Assembly: GCA_949538735.1 (NCBI GenBank) | Contig: CATGLK010000009.1 | Location: 657 to 64,656 of the forward strand | From: an uncultured Clostridia bacterium | GTDB lineage: Bacteria; Bacillota; Clostridia; TANB77; CAG-508 | Reading direction: 5' to 3' | DNA length: 64,000 nt | Part shown: piece by piece, positions 41,901 through 50,874 of the stretch | How positions within the stretch are numbered: position 1 is the first letter of the stretch | How the letters are laid out: every line of letters begins with the position of its first letter | Translations under genes and position numbers: made by a program | The notes under the pieces: model-generated | Told to the model about the DNA's origin: nothing | What the model saw: only the letters and a program-made list of their open reading frames with translations | The model's database searches: none

Positions 41901-43271
41901 ACAACCTGAAGAACAAGCTTCGTTTAGCATAATGTTATCAATAGAGCCATTTTTCATTCTGATATATTTCATATCTTGCCCACCAATGTCAACAATACTT
42001 GTAACATTTGGCTCGAATTTTTTTGCAGCTGTATAGTGTGCAATTGTTTCAATTTCATTTAAATCTACATTTAAAGCTGTTTGAATTAGCTTTTCACCAT
42101 ATCCTGTAACTCCACTATACCTAAGCTTTGCTGTATTTGGCAAAACAGCATAAAGTTTTTTAAGCATATTCATAACACTTTTTAGTGGATTTCCTTCATT
42201 GCTTCCATATAATGAATATAGTAAGTTTCCTTCTGTATCAATTAAAACTAATTTTGTGGTTGTTGAACCAGCATCTATTCCTAGGTAGCAGTCTCCTTCA
42301 TAGCCTTCCAAATCTTTTTTATTAACAGTGTTTTTGTTATGTCTTTCTTTGAATTTTTCGTATTCATCTTCATTTTTAAATAGTGGGTCTAGTGGTTTTG
42401 ATGTATTATCATGAGATGTTTTTAGTGTTTCTATTTTTTTAGATAACTCATCAGGTGTAATTTCTTCGCCATTTATAGAATCTAATGCAGCACCTTTAGC
42501 AACTAATAGGTGAGCTTCTTCTGGCACAATTATTTCATCATCAGTTAGTTCTAAAGTTTCGATAAATCTAGTACGTAGCTCAGATAGATAATTTAAAGGA
42601 CCACCTAAAAATGCAACATTTCCTCTAATTGGTCTACCACAAGCAAGTCCACTGATAGTTTGATTTACAACTGCTTGGAAAATAGAAGCTGCAATATCTT
42701 CTTTTGCTGCACCTTCATTAATTAAAGGCTGAATATCAGTTTTAGCAAAAACTCCACAACGTGATGCAATTGGATAAATTGTTTTATAATTTTTTGCAAG
42801 TTCATTTAATCCATTTGTATCAGTATGTAGTAATGAAGCCATTTGGTCTAAAAATGCTCCAGTACCACCTGCACAAGTTCCATTCATACGTTGCTCGATT
42901 GATTGGTCAAAGTATATAATTTTTGCGTCTTCTCCACCAAGTTCTATAACTACGTCTGTTTTTGGTATATATTTTTCAACGGCACGTTTACAAGAAACAA
43001 CTTCTTGAATAAAGTCAACGCCTAAAAATTTTGCTGCTGACATTGCTCCAGAACCTGTAAGTGCTAGTGTGAACGTATTTAGAGGATATTTTATTAGTAA
43101 GTCTTCTAATACGTTGCATACTGTGTTTTTTGTGTCTGAAAAGTGCCTTTGGTAGTTTTTGTATATTGTGTTTTTGTTTTTATCCATAACGATAATTTTA
43201 ACTGTTGTTGAACCAACGTCTAGTCCAACGTGTAATATTTCATTCATGACAAATTCTCCTTTTTTGTACAT
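38922..43271 (-). CDS. CoA-substrate-specific enzyme activase (two BadF/BadG/BcrA/BcrD ASKHA ATPase domains) fused to a 2-hydroxyacyl-CoA dehydratase-like domain
   Basis: 1449 aa. Acetate/sugar-kinase-type motifs LHVGLDVGSTTVKI and YLGIDAGSTTTKLVLID. C-terminal half with conserved Cys clusters typical of HgdB-like subunits. Alternative start at M9. Confidence 0.7.
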   Translation of the reverse strand: MYKKGEFVMNEILHVGLDVGSTTVKIIVMDKNKNTIYKNYQRHFSDTKNTVCNVLEDLLIKYPLNTFTLALTGSGAMSAAKFLGVDFIQEVVSCKRAVEKYIPKTDVVIELGGEDAKIIYFDQSIEQRMNGTCAGGTGAFLDQMASLLHTDTNGLNELAKNYKTIYPIASRCGVFAKTDIQPLINEGAAKEDIAASIFQAVVNQTISGLACGRPIRGNVAFLGGPLNYLSELRTRFIETLELTDDEIIVPEEAHLLVAKGAALDSINGEEITPDELSKKIETLKTSHDNTSKPLDPLFKNEDEYEKFKERHNKNTVNKKDLEGYEGDCYLGIDAGSTTTKLVLIDTEGNLLYSLYGSNEGNPLKSVMNMLKKLYAVLPNTAKLRYSGVTGYGEKLIQTALNVDLNEIETIAHYTAAKKFEPNVTSIVDIGGQDMKYIRMKNGSIDNIMLNEACSSGCGSFIETFAKSLNIEISEFVKEAIKSKTPVDLGSRCTVFMNSKIKQAQKEGYSVGDISSGLSYSVIKNAIQKVMKVRDVETLGKHIVVQGGTFYNDAVLRAFELIVGKNVVRPDISGLMGAYGMALLSKEQYEANLDMEYYSSILKLDELDKLQIKVTHTRCNNCENHCKLTINKFSNGQIHVSGNRCEKGAGIVTKSKKLPNLVQYKYERIFDYKPLEEQYSIRGTIGIPRVLNMYEDYPFWFTFLTSLGFRVIISEKSNRATYEKGMESMPSESVCYPAKLSHGHIESLLEQGIKTIFYPCMPYSRKEYEKADNRYNCPIVISYSEVLKNNVEGLKDPSIKFLNPFLPFEKKNLVKKLLELDEFKQYNFTKKELEEAADKAEAEYQKCKNDIRAKGLETVRYLEENNLKGIVLAGRPYHIDPEINHGIDTLITSLGLAVLTEDSISDKTEAKRPIRVVDQWVYHARLYAAADYVGKHDCLELVQLNSFGCGVDAVTTDQVEEILSSFNKMYTLIKIDEVNNLGAVRIRIRSLIASMKKREQDKIQEKADGDYGLKRNIFTKEMRKDYTILMPQMAPIHFELLESAVAASGYNVKLLRECTQKTVETGLKYVNNDACYPSILTTGQFIEALQSGEYDLNKTAIIMSQTGGGCRATNYIGFIRKALKDAGFGHVPVISFNIVGMEKMPGFKITIPLAERLLKMVVYGDLLQKMLTKNRAYEVNKGETKALFDKWMIKCKELLKKSTTKEFKQSIYDIVNDFEKIELDTSVEKPRVGIVGEVLIKYHPFGNNYVADLLEKEGAEVILPDFMGFVKFMCTHKITFNKLLNTNKTSSKLMKTAIKLIDLLEKDVKVALANSKKNYLPPCDIWHLESKVKDVLSIGNQTGEGWFLTAEMIEYIEHDIPNIICVQPFACLPNHVVGKGVIKTIRSTYPDANIAPVDYDPGASEANQTNRIKLLMTVAKDNLKTKNNMKKALKDENSTSDTKKEELKIN

Positions 43272-43419
43272 TTAATTAATACGTCTAACACCCTAATTGT
43301 ATACGGAAAAGAGGATTTTGTCAAATGGTAAAAATTGTTAAAAATATAGGCAAATAGTTCTAAAAAGGACAAACAAATAATAATATTGATAATAAATAAA
43401 TCGAAATAAGGAGGAACAT

Positions 43420-43959
43420 ATGAAAAGCAAAAAAATAATCACAATATTTTCAATATTATTAATAGCAATAATAATAGGGGGATTTTTTGCAATAAAATAC
43501 GCAAAAGAACAAAAGGAAAAACAAACAGAACAACAAGAATATACACCACAAGAAGAAATATCAGAAGAACAAGCAAAACAAACAATAGTAAGCCTATACT
43601 TCATAAATAAAGAAACAAAAGAATTAGTACCAGAAGCAAGACTTGTAAATATAAAAGAAATAGTAAATTCACCATACGATACATTAGTAAATCTATTAAT
43701 AGAAGGTCCAAAAAATGAAAAACAAGAAAGAATAATTCCTGAAAATACAAAACTATTAAAAACTTTTATGGAAGCAGATACTATAACATTAGATTTTTCA
43801 TCTGAATTTTTAAATTATAATAAAGAAGATGAAAAAGCAAAAGAAAATTTAATAAATAGCATAGTAAATACTTTAACTCAATTAACAGAAGTAAATAAAG
43901 TAAAAATATTAATTGATGGAAACCCAAACGAGGAATTTAATGAAACATACAACATATAA
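43420..43959 (+). CDS. GerMN-domain lipoprotein/membrane protein (sporulation/germination-associated)
   Basis: N-terminal TM or signal. GerMN-like pattern IVSLYFINKETKELVP...NLLIEGP...ITLDFSSEF...VKILIDGNP. Terminator hairpin 43960-43988. Confidence 0.6.
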   Translation: MKSKKIITIFSILLIAIIIGGFFAIKYAKEQKEKQTEQQEYTPQEEISEEQAKQTIVSLYFINKETKELVPEARLVNIKEIVNSPYDTLVNLLIEGPKNEKQERIIPENTKLLKTFMEADTITLDFSSEFLNYNKEDEKAKENLINSIVNTLTQLTEVNKVKILIDGNPNEEFNETYNI

Positions 43960-44309
43960 AAAGAGATGTTTATTCATCTCTTTTTATATTCAAAAATTAA
44001 TACTATCTGCACATTTTTATATATTTTATATGCAGATAATAAATAGTATCTGCATTATTTAAAAAATTTATACAAATGCATATATCTATAAAACTTATTT
44101 AAATTATTCAAAAAAAACTCAACATCATTTAACGATTTTATAGTATTATCCTTGCAACACTTAAAATCAAATTTTTTGGGAGGTGTTTTTTTATCACCTC
44201 TATTATCATTTCTATTATAAATTAAATTATTATCCATAAAAAACCCTTACTTTGCTTTTTCACAAAATTTATTATATAATATGTAAGAAAAAACAAAAAG
44301 GAAATAGAA

Positions 44310-45053
44310 ATGGAAAAAATATTAAAAGAAAATGAAAGAATAGACGACTTAGAATATAAAGGATTAAAAATAATACAAAACACAGAAGGGTTTTGTTTTG
44401 GAATAGACAGTGTACTATTATCTGACTTTGCAAAAGAAATAAAAGGAGGAAGCAACGTTTTAGATTTAGGAACAGGCACAGGAATTATTCCAGTTTTATT
44501 ATGTGGAAAAACAAAATTAAAAAAAATAATAGGAATAGAAATTCAAGAAGAAGTTGCAGAAATGGCAAGTAGAACAATTAAATTAAATAATTTAGAAAAT
44601 AGATTTGAGATATTAAATGAAAATATTTTAAATTTGAAAAATATTTATCAGAACCAAACTTTTGACGCAATAGTTACAAATCCACCATATAAAAAAATAG
44701 ATACAGGAATAAAAAACGAAAGTGAAAAGAAAATAATTTCGAGACACGAAACGACAGCAACCCTAGAAGATTTTATAAAAATAGCAAGAGATTTATTAAA
44801 AGATAAAGGTGCTTTTTATATGGTACATCGACCAGAAAGATTGGTAGATATTTTAAGTTTAATGAGACAATATAAAATAGAACCAAAAGTTTTAAAATTT
44901 GTATCTTCAAATTTTAATAAAGAACCAAATTTAATTTTAATTAAAGGAATAAAAAATGCAAAACCATTTTTAAAAATAGAAAAAAATTTAAATATTTATG
45001 ATTTAAATGGAAATTATACAGATGAAATATTAAAAATATATAATAAAATATAA
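44310..45053 (+). CDS. SAM-dependent methyltransferase of the TrmN6/YfiC type (tRNA m6A37-like) with an NPPY motif
   Basis: VLDLGTGTGIIPV (motif I) and TNPPYKK (motif IV). Confidence 0.7.
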   Translation: MEKILKENERIDDLEYKGLKIIQNTEGFCFGIDSVLLSDFAKEIKGGSNVLDLGTGTGIIPVLLCGKTKLKKIIGIEIQEEVAEMASRTIKLNNLENRFEILNENILNLKNIYQNQTFDAIVTNPPYKKIDTGIKNESEKKIISRHETTATLEDFIKIARDLLKDKGAFYMVHRPERLVDILSLMRQYKIEPKVLKFVSSNFNKEPNLILIKGIKNAKPFLKIEKNLNIYDLNGNYTDEILKIYNKI

Positions 45054-45059
45054 ATAAAA

Positions 45060-45210
45060 AAATAAATATGAAAAAAATAGAAAAAAATAGAATAAATTAG
45101 AATAAAATTGAAAAAAATAGGAAAACGAAGATTTTGCAAACCAAGAAATGAAAAAAATTCAAAAAAATAGAATAAATTAGAATAAAATCGAAAAAATTAG
45201 AAAAAGGGAG
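45060..45210. repeat. AT-rich repeat block (AAAAAATAGAATAAATTAGAATAAAATCGAAAAAA x2), the reverse complement of repeats in the recF-dnaN gap (6040-6228)
   Basis: AGAATAAATTAGAATAAAAT occurs twice here. Its reverse complement TTTTATTCTAATTTATTCT occurs at 6064-6090 and about 6178-6215. Confidence 0.65.
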
Positions 45211-45220
45211 ATTTTAAATA

Positions 45221-46045
45221 ATGGAAAATGAAAAAGGAAAATTATATATAGTAGCAACACCAATAGGAAATTTAGAAGACATTACACTAAGAGCAATAAA
45301 AATATTAAAAGAAGTGGATTTAATTGCGGCAGAAGATACAAGGCATACATTAAAATTATTAAATCATTTGGAAATATCAAAACCAATGATAAGCTACCAT
45401 AGACACAACGAAGAAATAAGATGTGACAATTTAATAAAAGAATTAGAGCAGGGAAAAAATATAGCAATAGTATCAGATGCAGGAACCCCAGGGATTTGTG
45501 ACCCAGGGGAAGAAATAATAAAAAAATGCATAGAAGAAAATATAACAATAGTTCCAATACCAGGAGCATGCGCAATGATAAATGCATTAATATGTTCAGG
45601 AATAAATACAAAAGAATTTAATTTTTTAGGATTTTTACCATTAAATAAAAAATTAAGAAAAGAAAAATTAGAAGAAATAAAAAAATCAAATAAAACAATA
45701 ATTATATATGAAGCACCACATAAACTAAAAACAACATTAAATGATTTAAAAGAAATTCTAGAAAAAAGAAAAATCGTTTTAGCAAGAGAACTTACAAAAA
45801 TACATGAAGAATTTATTAGGGAAGATATAGAAAAATTAATAGAAAAATCAGAAGAATTAAAAGGAGAAATGGTAATAATTATTGAAGGCAGTACGCAAAA
45901 GGAAGAAAATGAATTAAATAATTTAAGTTTAGAAGAACATTTTGAATTTTATAAAAATCAAGGATTTGATAAAAAAGAAATAATTAAAAAAATTGCAAAA
46001 GATAGAAATGTAAATAAAAATGAAATTTATAAAAAATTTATTTAA
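45221..46045 (+). CDS. rsmI: 16S rRNA (cytidine1402-2'-O)-methyltransferase RsmI
   Basis: Tetrapyrrole-methylase fold motifs LYIVATPIGNLEDIT and AAEDTRHT. Confidence 0.85.
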   Translation: MENEKGKLYIVATPIGNLEDITLRAIKILKEVDLIAAEDTRHTLKLLNHLEISKPMISYHRHNEEIRCDNLIKELEQGKNIAIVSDAGTPGICDPGEEIIKKCIEENITIVPIPGACAMINALICSGINTKEFNFLGFLPLNKKLRKEKLEEIKKSNKTIIIYEAPHKLKTTLNDLKEILEKRKIVLARELTKIHEEFIREDIEKLIEKSEELKGEMVIIIEGSTQKEENELNNLSLEEHFEFYKNQGFDKKEIIKKIAKDRNVNKNEIYKKFI

Positions 46046-46160
46046 TGAAAATTAATAGCAAGCAAAAAGGAATGAATTCTAGACACAGAGTTCATTCCTA
46101 AATTATTTAATACCTAGTTAAAAATATTCGTTTTTTATTTAATACAAAATAAAATTTGTT

Positions 46161-46415
46161 TTATTTATTTTGGTTTAAATTGCCAATTTTGTCTGAACAA
46201 GATTCGCAAATTAATTTATCATTATATGTTAGTAAATTTTTTGTGTTACCACAAAAGATACAGTTAGATTCAAATTTCTTTAGGACGATTGCAGAACCAT
46301 CCACATAAATTTCTATTGGATCTTTTTCTGCGATTTTAAATTGATTTCTTATTTCAATAGGAATAACAACACGTCCCAATTCATCCATTCTTCTTACAAT
46401 CCCTGTTGATTTCAT
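46161..46415 (-). CDS. abrB: AbrB/SpoVT family transition-state regulator
   Basis: MKSTGIVRRMDELGRVVIPIEIR swapped-hairpin N-domain. Confidence 0.8.
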   Translation of the reverse strand: MKSTGIVRRMDELGRVVIPIEIRNQFKIAEKDPIEIYVDGSAIVLKKFESNCIFCGNTKNLLTYNDKLICESCSDKIGNLNQNK

Positions 46416-46544
46416 TGATATTACCTCCTATAAGTTAATATTTGTCACTATGTATACATAGAATATAACACAAAAAAACCGTACGGTCAATTAAAAAGTA
46501 CTAAAAAAAGTAATTTTTGAATAAAATTATTCAGGTGATAAAGT

Positions 46545-47135
46545 GTGTTAAATATAGTTTGGCCAATTTTTATAATAATATCATTTACTTTTGCAATATT
46601 TTCTGGAAATTTAGAACAATTAAATACATCAATATTTGAAAGCACATCTGACGCAATAAATTTGGCAATTAGTTTATTAGGAACAATATGTCTTTGGAAC
46701 GGAATAATGCAAATAGCAAGTGAAACAAGTGTAATAGAAAAATTAACAAAAATATTAAATCCTGTTGTAAATTTTTTATTTCCTAAACTAAAAAATAATA
46801 CAAAAATAAAAAAAGAAATATCAATGAATATGATTGCAAACATATTAGGATTAGGAAATGCCGCAACTCCGTTAGGGCTAAAAGCAATGCAATCAATGCA
46901 AGAAGAAAATAGTACAAAAGATACATTAACAGACCCAATGATGATGTTTATAGTACTAAATACAGCATCAATTCAGCTTATACCAACAACAGTAATAGCA
47001 ATAAGAAACTCATTAGGATCAGAAAATCCAACATCAATAGTATTTCCCGTTTGGATAGCAACAATTGCCGCAGCAATTGCAGGAATAACAGTAACTAAAA
47101 TAATAATAAAAAGTACAAAAAATAATAATAAATAA
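46545..47135 (+). CDS. spmA: Spore maturation protein A (nucleoside-recognition-domain membrane protein)
   Basis: Polytopic, paired with the downstream spmB homolog. Confidence 0.7.
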   Translation: MLNIVWPIFIIISFTFAIFSGNLEQLNTSIFESTSDAINLAISLLGTICLWNGIMQIASETSVIEKLTKILNPVVNFLFPKLKNNTKIKKEISMNMIANILGLGNAATPLGLKAMQSMQEENSTKDTLTDPMMMFIVLNTASIQLIPTTVIAIRNSLGSENPTSIVFPVWIATIAAAIAGITVTKIIIKSTKNNNK

Positions 47136-47228
47136 TATATGTGAAAAAGGAAAAGTCTAAATAACATCCAGAGAAATGGAAGTTTACTCATTCTAATTTA
47201 TACCTTTAAGGAAGGAATAAGAATAAAA

Positions 47229-47756
47229 ATGAAAATTATAAACTTTGCATCTAATCTAGCAATGCCAATGATTATTCTGCTAATAGTAGCATATGGGCTA
47301 AAAGAAAAAAATAAAGTTTTCGACACATTTCTAGTTGGAGCAAAAGAAGGAATAGAAACAACATTCAAAATATTCCCAACACTAATTGGACTATTTGTAG
47401 CAATAGGAGCATTAAGGTCATCAGGAATATTAGAATATATAACCCACATTGCAAGTCCAATACTAAACCTAATAAACTTTCCAGGAGAATTAATGCCACT
47501 TGCATTACTAAGACCAGTATCTGGTAGCGGATCTATGGCAATAGCAACAGACATAATGAAAAACTGTGGAGTAGACACTATGCTTGGAATAATGGCATCA
47601 ACAATTATGGGGTCAACAGAAACAACATTATATACAATTGCCATATATACCAGTTGCATAAAAGTAAAGAAAACAAGGGGAATTTTAATAGCAGCATTAA
47701 CAGCAGACATTGTTGGAATGCTTGTAAGCGTAATAGTTTGCAGATTATTGCCATAA
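47229..47756 (+). CDS. spmB: Spore maturation protein B
   Basis: Polytopic membrane protein, synteny with spmA. Confidence 0.7.
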   Translation: MKIINFASNLAMPMIILLIVAYGLKEKNKVFDTFLVGAKEGIETTFKIFPTLIGLFVAIGALRSSGILEYITHIASPILNLINFPGELMPLALLRPVSGSGSMAIATDIMKNCGVDTMLGIMASTIMGSTETTLYTIAIYTSCIKVKKTRGILIAALTADIVGMLVSVIVCRLLP

Positions 47757-47800
47757 GGGACGGACCTTTTTGGCAATTTTTTGCCAAAAAGGTCCGTCCC
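47757..47800. repeat. Perfect 44-nt family C palindrome (GGGACGGACCTTTTTGGCAA TTTT TTGCCAAAAAGGTCCGTCCC), a candidate bidirectional terminator or protein-binding site
   Basis: 20-bp perfect arms read directly, immediately after the spmB stop. Confidence 0.75.
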
Positions 47801-47829
47801 TGTTGGCAATCTTTTGTCACTGGGGATAT

Positions 47830-47889
47830 TCCTTTGTCGAATTTTGTCGAAAAGTTTTTCTTGACAAATTATAAAATGCAATTTATAAT
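47830..47889 (+). promoter_or_regulatory. Consensus sigma-A promoter (-35 TTGACA 47861-47866, 17-nt spacer, -10 TATAAT 47884-47889) preceded by the TTGTCGAATTTTGTCGAAAAG direct-repeat operator (47834-47854)
   Basis: Hexamers read directly. The module is the reverse complement of 1961-1993. Confidence 0.6.
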
Positions 47890-47920
47890 GAAATAAATTA
47901 TTTCAGAAAAGGACAGGTTA

Positions 47921-48019
47921 AGAATGACAAAAATAATTTTATTTATTTCAATATTTTTAATAATAAGAAAATTAATAATAAAAAAATTATCCAAAGAAAT
48001 TTTAAAAATAAAAAATAAA
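47921..48019 (+). CDS. 32-aa hydrophobic/basic peptide (MTKIILFISIFLIIRKLIIKKLSKEILKIKNK), candidate small membrane or toxin-like peptide
   Basis: RBS AAAAGGA about 10 nt upstream, consensus promoter, followed by a long inverted repeat. Below the ORF-track size cutoff. Confidence 0.4.
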
Positions 48020-48080
48020 TGATTTATTAAAATTGCATAAATCATTTAAAATATAATATTCAATTTAAGTTTTTAATTTT

Positions 48081-48152
48081 GTAGAGATAAAAATATTTTT
48101 TAAAATCTTTAAAACTAGATGCCCCTATTTTAAAAGTTTTAGTAATCTCTAC
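48081..48152. terminator. Long imperfect inverted repeat (arms GTAGAGAT / ATCTCTAC) between the small peptide gene and the rlmH 3' end. Candidate bidirectional terminator.
   Basis: Read directly. Confidence 0.4.
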
Positions 48153-48168
48153 AAAACCAAATATAAAT

Positions 48169-48648
48169 TTATCTATGATATGTTTCCCCATTAGATATTT
48201 TGAAAGCTCTAAAAATTTGCTCTAATAAAAATACTCTAATTAATTGATGCGGAAAAGTCATTTTAGAAAAACAAATTTTTAAATTGCAGTTATGTAATAA
48301 ATTTTCAGTTAAACCCAAAGAACCGCCAATGATAAAAGTTAAATTGCTATTTTCCATTGATATACTATCTATTTTGCTAGAAAATTCTTCAGAAGAAAAT
48401 TGAGTTCCTTTTAAGTCTAAGGCAACAACAAAGCTATCCTTTTTTATATGACTTAAAATTTTAGTACATTCTTTTTCTTTAATTTCATTTTCTAAACTAG
48501 AATTCAATTTATCAGGAATTTTTTCATCAGGTAATTCTGTAATTGTTAATTTGCAATATCTAGAAAGTCTTTTAGAATACTCATCAATAGCATCTTTTAG
48601 ATATTTTTCTTTGATTTTTCCTACACATACAATATTAATATTTAACAT
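48169..48648 (-). CDS. rlmH: 23S rRNA (pseudouridine1915-N3)-methyltransferase RlmH
   Basis: 159 aa, SPOUT fold, IVCVGKIKEKYLK and GGSLGL motifs. Confidence 0.85.
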   Translation of the reverse strand: MLNINIVCVGKIKEKYLKDAIDEYSKRLSRYCKLTITELPDEKIPDKLNSSLENEIKEKECTKILSHIKKDSFVVALDLKGTQFSSEEFSSKIDSISMENSNLTFIIGGSLGLTENLLHNCNLKICFSKMTFPHQLIRVFLLEQIFRAFKISNGETYHR

Positions 48649-48673
48649 TTTTTACTCCTTAATAGTTAAAAGA

Positions 48674-48730
48674 GATGTGTTCCAAAATGGACAAAATGTC
48701 CAAAAGGAAACGTCCCCAAATGTCCCAATG
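48674..48730. repeat. Family B repeat copy 3
   Basis: GATGTGTTCCAAAATGGACAAAATGTCCAAAAGGAAACGTCCCCAAATGTCCCAATG. Confidence 0.7.
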
Positions 48731-48733
48731 TTC

Positions 48734-49522
48734 TTAAAGTTTAATTATTTTGCTATGTACATCTCTTGATGCGACACTAAGTGATAAACTATTTTCATCA
48801 TAATTGTTAGAAATTAATTCATCTAAAACAGTTTGATAAGCTAATTCTGGGAAATTGCTTTCTTTACTTAAATGACCAAGCATAGCTGTTTTTAAGCCAG
48901 ATTTCAAAAGATGGGAAATTGTTTTCCCAGCCATTTCGTTTGGTAGATGTCCGAAGTTTCCAGCAATTCTAGATTTTAAGTGAAATGGATAACGTGAACA
49001 TCTAAGCACTTCAGGGTCATAGTTAGATTCTAACATTACAAATAAGCTTTCTTCTAAGTTTCTTAGTATATCGTTTGTCATATGTCCAATATCTGTTGCG
49101 ATGCTTAATTTCTTTTTATCGCTACAAATATTAAATCCGCAAGGATTTGCGGCGTCGTGTGGAATTGAAAAAGGATTAATTAATAAATCACCAATTTCAA
49201 ATTTTTCACTTACTTTAAAAAGTTTTATGTTGTTTTCTGATATTTTATCTTTTTGTTTTGGCATAGCGTCTAAGGTTTCTTGATTAACGAATACAGGTAA
49301 ATCAAATTTTTTTGAAAGTGTTCCAAGTGATTGTACATGGTCAATATGTTCATGTGTTACAAGTATTCCGGCTAATTCACTAGGGTTAACGTTAATATCA
49401 GTTAATGCAGATTCAATTTTTTTACAACTGACACCTGCATCAACTAACAATTTTGTATTATCTGTTTCTACAAAGAGACTATTTCCACTGCTACCACTGT
49501 AAAGACTACAAAAGTTTAACAT
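48734..49522 (-). CDS. MBL-fold metallo-hydrolase (YycJ-like)
   Basis: HEHIDH motif and downstream Asp/His ligands. Confidence 0.75.
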   Translation of the reverse strand: MLNFCSLYSGSSGNSLFVETDNTKLLVDAGVSCKKIESALTDINVNPSELAGILVTHEHIDHVQSLGTLSKKFDLPVFVNQETLDAMPKQKDKISENNIKLFKVSEKFEIGDLLINPFSIPHDAANPCGFNICSDKKKLSIATDIGHMTNDILRNLEESLFVMLESNYDPEVLRCSRYPFHLKSRIAGNFGHLPNEMAGKTISHLLKSGLKTAMLGHLSKESNFPELAYQTVLDELISNNYDENSLSLSVASRDVHSKIIKL

Positions 49523-49551
49523 GGTTATTTCTTCTTTCTTTGGTTTTAATA

Positions 49552-50811
49552 TTATTCTGTTACTCTTTCGATTTTTGCTCCAAGTTTTCTGAATTTTTCT
49601 TCTATGTTCTCATAGCCTCTGTCTATGTGTTCTAGATTATAAATTTCAGTTGAGCCATTAGCTACTGTTCCTGCAATTACTAATGCAGCACCTGCTCTTA
49701 AATCTGTTGAATAAACTGGTGCACCAGATAGTTTTTTAACACCTTCGAAAAAGGCGGTTTTTCCTTGAGCTGTTATTTTAGCACCCATTTTGTTCAATTC
49801 GTCTGTATATTGAAATCTTGATTCCCATATACTTTCGTTTATTATGCTAGCACCGTCAGCAATAGATAAAACAACTCCCATTTGTGGTTGTAAGTCTGTT
49901 GGAAATCCAGGGTAAGGAAGAGTTTTTATATTTGCTTTTTGTGGTCTTTGGTTACACCATACTCTAATGCTATCTCCGTGATTTTCTACTTTTCCACCAA
50001 CTTCAATTATTTTAGCTGTTATTGATTCCAAGTGCTTTGTTATACAATTTTTTAAAGTGATGTCTCCTCTTGTTGCAACTGCTGCTAACATAAAAGTACC
50101 AGCTTCAATTTGGTCAGGAACGACAGAATATGTAGCATTTCCGCTAAGTTTTTCAACACCATTTATTTTAATCATATCTGTTCCAGCACCTCTTATATCT
50201 GCACCCATAGTGTTTAAGAAGTTTGCAACGTCAACAATGTGTGGCTCTTTAGCGGCATTGTCTATTGTAGTAGTTCCTTTTGCTAAAACTGCTGAAAGCA
50301 TAACATTAATTGTAGCACCAACAGAAACAATATCCATATATATAGAATTTCCTGTTAGCTTTTTAGCTTTTGCAGAGATTGTACCTTTTTCAACAGTTAC
50401 AGTTGCTCCTAATCTTTCAAATCCTTTTATATGTTGGTCAATAGGTCTTGCACCTAATTTGCATCCACCAGGCATACCAACTTCAATTTCGCCTTTTCTA
50501 CTTAACATTGCACCAATTAGATAGTAAGAAGCTCTGAATTTGCTTGTTAAATCTAATGGAGCTTTTGTTGTATTTATATTAGTAGTATCTATTGTAATAC
50601 TATTTTTATTATTCCAAGTTATTTTTGCACCTAATTTTTCTAAGATCTCGCAAGATATTTTTATATCACTTATATTAGGTAAGTTTTCAATGGTACAAAC
50701 GCCATCTATTAATAAAGTTGCGGGTAAAATTGCTACTGCTGCGTTTTTTGCTCCACTTATTGTTACTTCTCCTTTTAAAGGAGTAGGTCCTTTTACTACT
50801 AGTTTTTCCAA
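49552..50811 (-). CDS. murA: UDP-N-acetylglucosamine 1-carboxyvinyltransferase
   Basis: 419 aa with an EPSP-synthase-like fold. The active-site Cys lies in the KLGARPIDQH loop region. Confidence 0.9.
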   Translation of the reverse strand: MEKLVVKGPTPLKGEVTISGAKNAAVAILPATLLIDGVCTIENLPNISDIKISCEILEKLGAKITWNNKNSITIDTTNINTTKAPLDLTSKFRASYYLIGAMLSRKGEIEVGMPGGCKLGARPIDQHIKGFERLGATVTVEKGTISAKAKKLTGNSIYMDIVSVGATINVMLSAVLAKGTTTIDNAAKEPHIVDVANFLNTMGADIRGAGTDMIKINGVEKLSGNATYSVVPDQIEAGTFMLAAVATRGDITLKNCITKHLESITAKIIEVGGKVENHGDSIRVWCNQRPQKANIKTLPYPGFPTDLQPQMGVVLSIADGASIINESIWESRFQYTDELNKMGAKITAQGKTAFFEGVKKLSGAPVYSTDLRAGAALVIAGTVANGSTEIYNLEHIDRGYENIEEKFRKLGAKIERVTE

Positions 50812-50874
50812 TTATATTACCTCCAGTACTATAGTCATCTCACTCAATATAACATAAAGTTAAAATGTTTGCAA

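Noticed and set aside
43990-44310. Short ORFs 44055-44237 (-) and 44222-44479 (-), and the inverted repeats TATCTGCACA...TATGCAGATA at 44003-44060
   Set aside because: The ORFs overlap the trmN6-like gene start region antisense and have no features of real genes. The inverted repeats are noted only as a possible operator upstream of the methyltransferase gene, with insufficient support.
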